Shown: positions 60,550-64,000 of the stretch, one piece after another
Layout: every line of letters starts with the position of its first letter
How positions within the stretch are numbered: the first letter of the stretch is position 1
Assembly (NCBI GenBank): GCA_030390025.1
Contig: JASTWF010000036.1
Coordinates: 3,164,001-3,228,000 of the forward strand
Reading direction: 5' to 3'
From: Squalus acanthias
Taxonomy: Eukaryota
DNA length: 64,000 bases
Notes under the pieces: generated by a model
The model's database searches: none
Seen by the model: only the letters and a program-made list of their open reading frames with translations
Told to the model about the DNA's origin: nothing
Program-made: the position numbers and the translations under genes

Positions 60550-63500
60550 GATTTCCCAGCATGCCCTGGCAGCACACGAGGTTACCCATCACCAACACGT
60601 GCTCAGAGAATGACCCCCAATCTCATTCCCTCTCTCTCTCTGCTGCACTCTAGCCTAGAAAGTGCTCGTTGAGTTACACGAGGATTAACTGAGCGGCGCT
60701 TTTGTTTTCCGAGCGTTCGCAAGCGTGCTCGCTCACCTGGCACCTTTCCTGCTGTCAGGAGCTGCAATTGCAACATGCTCCGCTAACGCCCGCGCATTGG
60801 GCCATCCAATGCAGCAGCAGGACCAACCTTGTGCAGCTGCTTACTCTGCAATTCTGCTGTGCACCGGTGGTTCCAAGGCCGAGATAATGATGGTCAGGAG
60901 CTGGAAGGGCTTATTGAGGGAGTCAAGACAAAGGGGGGAAATCAGTTATGGCAGGAATAGAGACCCCTCCCCCTCCTCAAAAAGCACCTGGTGCAAAATG
61001 CATGGGAAGGATGTAGCTGAAAGACTCAATGGTGTCTCCTGAACCTGCAGGACCTGGAATGGTATCAGGAAGAAGGGGTCAGATTTGATGAACTCTGCTG
61101 AAATAAGCCAGGAGCACTGATATACACGACACGCACCTGTGCAGTACTGGCATGAGAGAGCCAGGGCAATGAATGACTGGTATGATTGGGATACTTCTGT
61201 ATGTGGAAGTTACAATTGGAACCTGTGTGGGCAGCAGCGATACTTCAAGCAGGTTCACGCGACTTGCAAGCCCACTTACCAGGGATGATGCCTGTTCAAT
61301 CTTCCGCCTGCTGCCCATCACTGAAGCTGTGCAGCTGCAGGACATTGTCAGCACTCTATGTACGCACAATATCGCAATACTATTCTTCCACTTGCAGAAC
61401 AAAATGGCCTGTAACTGGTGGGAGCAGAGCTGTACTGCTGGGGGTCCCTGATCCTGTATGGGGAAGTCGCCCTTGGTTATAAATGGGTAGGAGAGCATCG
61501 AAGGAGAGACGGACAGCAAAGCCAGAGGCTTTCCCCAATCTCACGACTAGTATGATCATTCTCAAGTCATCTAATGTTATCCTAATGAATGGCTGTCACA
61601 CACATTGAACCCGAGTAACATCACTTGGGTATTACGCAGTAAAAGTAAGATTGCAACGTGGTTCACTGAAGGAACAGAGTGAAGACACAGCCAGTGCCCT
61701 TGAGCAAGCCTGTACCTCACAGCACCCTGCAGTCACAATCACCTCCGCCAAGAACCAGCACAGCCCTAGTGGATGTAGTTCATCATGATGAGGAGGAAAG
61801 TAGAAGGTGAGTCGCAACACGCAGGTGAGGAGGAGCAATTGGTGATGGCTACTGAAGGTTAGGCCTCTACTGGCTGGAGGTCCAACATGGTCACTGCCTG
61901 TGCTGCAGCATCTGGGGATTTATGCTTTACAGGGCCTTCTTACAAACATAGCCTGCTATCTGAGCAGGACCACCTGCATGAGTCACTTGTGTCTGTGCAG
62001 AATACATGGCAAGGACCAGTGAGCAGTATGGAGGTTATTTGAGGCAGGGTATCACAGACCTCATTGCCACCCGTCTTTTGGATGAGACGTTAAACCGAGG
62101 CCCCATCTGCCCTCTCAGGTGGATGTAAAAAGATCCCATAGCACTATTTCGAAGAGCAGGGGAGATCTCCCCGGTGTCCTGGGGCCAATATTTATCCCTC
62201 AACCAACATCACTAAAAAAAGATTATCTGGTCATTTATCACATTGCTGTTTGTGGGAGCTTGCTGTGCGCAAATTGGCTGCCGCATTTCCCACATTACAA
62301 CAGTGACTACACTTCAAAAAGTACTTCATTGGCTGTGAAGCATTTTGGGACCTCCTGAGGTCGTGAAAGGCGCTATATAAATGCAAAACTTTCTTTTTTC
62401 TTTCAAAGTTCGGCTCTGAGGTGGACCTATGAGGGACTGCCCACCAGATGTGGCATGCCTGTAGCAGTCGTGGATCAGCTGACTGTTCTCAGGCTAATGG
62501 CACATTTGAGCGATCAAGCAGCCCTGCGCAAGTGACGGTAGACGTGCCAGAATGTGAGCAGGACCAGGCAGCCAGGACAGCACTGGGCATGACTGGCTCA
62601 GACCATCACAATGCACACCCCGGGAAGATCCAGGGACACTCGAATCACAGCGGGTGTGTGATGAAACCCTGCAGACAGCCAGCACACTCCTTCCTAAAGG
62701 GAATCACTGAGGTAAAGCAGTAGGCTAGATGTGAAATGTAGCAAACAGTCCATAAACACTGCCATAAATCACACTAACATTCACACACCATAAAGTGGAC
62801 TGAATTTGCAGCTATGAGGTTTGAATTCAGCTGCATTTGATTTCAAGGCTGTGCTTTGGGTTGAGTAAAGCAGGACCCCAGCAAAATATGAGAATAGACA
62901 GTGTCTGAGGAACTGTGCAGGACAGTGTAGCTTGGGAAGGCTAAGTTGCAGATGTGGATTGCAGGTTTAAGAACTGGTGTCATGGTGCAAAGCCATCTTG
63001 AATTACTGCCCAGTGTGGCAGTCTTCCTTGTGGCACGGGTGGCTTGGCAGATAATTTCTCGTCACTTGTGCCCTCTAGCCCTGCCAGCCTGTCCTTCTGC
63101 TTCAACAGTGAGGCCTGTTTGCTGGGCACAGTTACGCACCATGAGATCTTGAGACATCTGAAGTGCTGCTTTCGGATCTCAATTGTATGTTCATGAACCA
63201 TTCTGGTTGTAGCACGATCCTCATTTTACCAGCGCTCTGCCATTGTCAATGGTTGGCGTAAAGATGTAACGAGCCAGGGCTGCAGAAGGTACCTCTGGCT
63301 TCCCACTCTATTCTCCCCTTCAAATAAGGGTGGCCCAGATGACTGTCTTAAAATGAAGGTCTCAGAAGAGCTCCCCAGAGAAGGGGACATTCACTTGCAT
63401 TATTCTGCGCTGGTGGTCACCTACCAGTTGCACATTGATAGCATGAAATCCCTCACACAGGGCACCACAGTGTACACTGCAGCCAGAATGACAGCGTGGG

Positions 63501-64000
63501 TGCAATCTGTGACCCCCCTGGAGTCTTGGAAAGCTAGCCGACCTGTAGAGTTGTGCTGCCCTCTCGTGCTGCCTTTGGTGGCTCGTGGTGAAAGTGATGC
63601 CCTGCAAAAAATCTCCTCGATCCACCTCTGGGCAACAAACTAGCTGGACAATGTCACCAGAGCTAGCTTGGAAGGACCCCAGAAAATCTGAGGACTGCGA
63701 TGACTTTGACAGTGCCTTACAGATGTTTGATTGTGTCTCGAGGTCCTCACTGAGGAGATGGCATGGCTTTCCTGCTTAGCCTCAGCCTCCTATGGCACTG
63801 TTCTTCAGTCACTTCCAGGAGTGGTGCTTGGTCATGGTAGACCCAACGTGTGGCATAGTAGAATTAGGTGATGAGATGCCTTGTGTGCCAGCTTGTATCA
63901 TGGGCTGACCTTTCTTGCTGTTGCTGGTTCTCCTCAGTGCTGATGAATCGAATAGCCATTGTGCACCAAATACTCTCGGCTCGAGCTCAGCTTTGTAGCG
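60550..64000. mobile_element. Decayed Harbinger (Myb/SANT remnant on +, transposase remnant on -), runs towards the window edge
   Basis: + 60870-61100 KDVAERLNGVS*TCRTWNGIRKK; + 61398 NKMACNWWEQSCTAGGP; - 63100-63650 FPRLQG, GFHAINVQLVGDHQRRI, KQHFRCL; boundaries approximate. Confidence 0.72.
62071..62402 (+). mobile_element. Deu-type SINE inserted in decayed Harbinger
   Basis: Same family. Confidence 0.87.

Overview
Eukaryotic (vertebrate) genomic DNA, most likely a cartilaginous fish; this is inferred from the repeat families (CR1/L2 LINEs, Deu-type SINEs, Penelope ends). The minus strand carries the 3' 15 coding exons (about 587 aa: thigh, calf, TM and cytoplasmic regions) of a laminin-binding integrin alpha of the ITGA6/ITGA7 subfamily. 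All exons join in frame; one intron has a GC-AG donor and the last exon is an A-type cytoplasmic cassette. The 5' exons lie beyond the right edge. Introns are repeat-dense. They hold an ~18.6-kb array of a 67-bp satellite that appears to derive from a SINE 3' segment, and a 35-bp G-rich minisatellite with TCF/LEF motifs. They also hold a near-complete PIF/Harbinger transposon (intact transposase ORF plus frameshifted Myb/SANT gene), a cognate non-autonomous element and two decayed Harbingers. Two solo LTRs, Penelope-type termini with minimal hammerhead ribozymes, and many LINE/SINE fragments complete the picture. No CRISPR array, rRNA or true tRNA gene was found.
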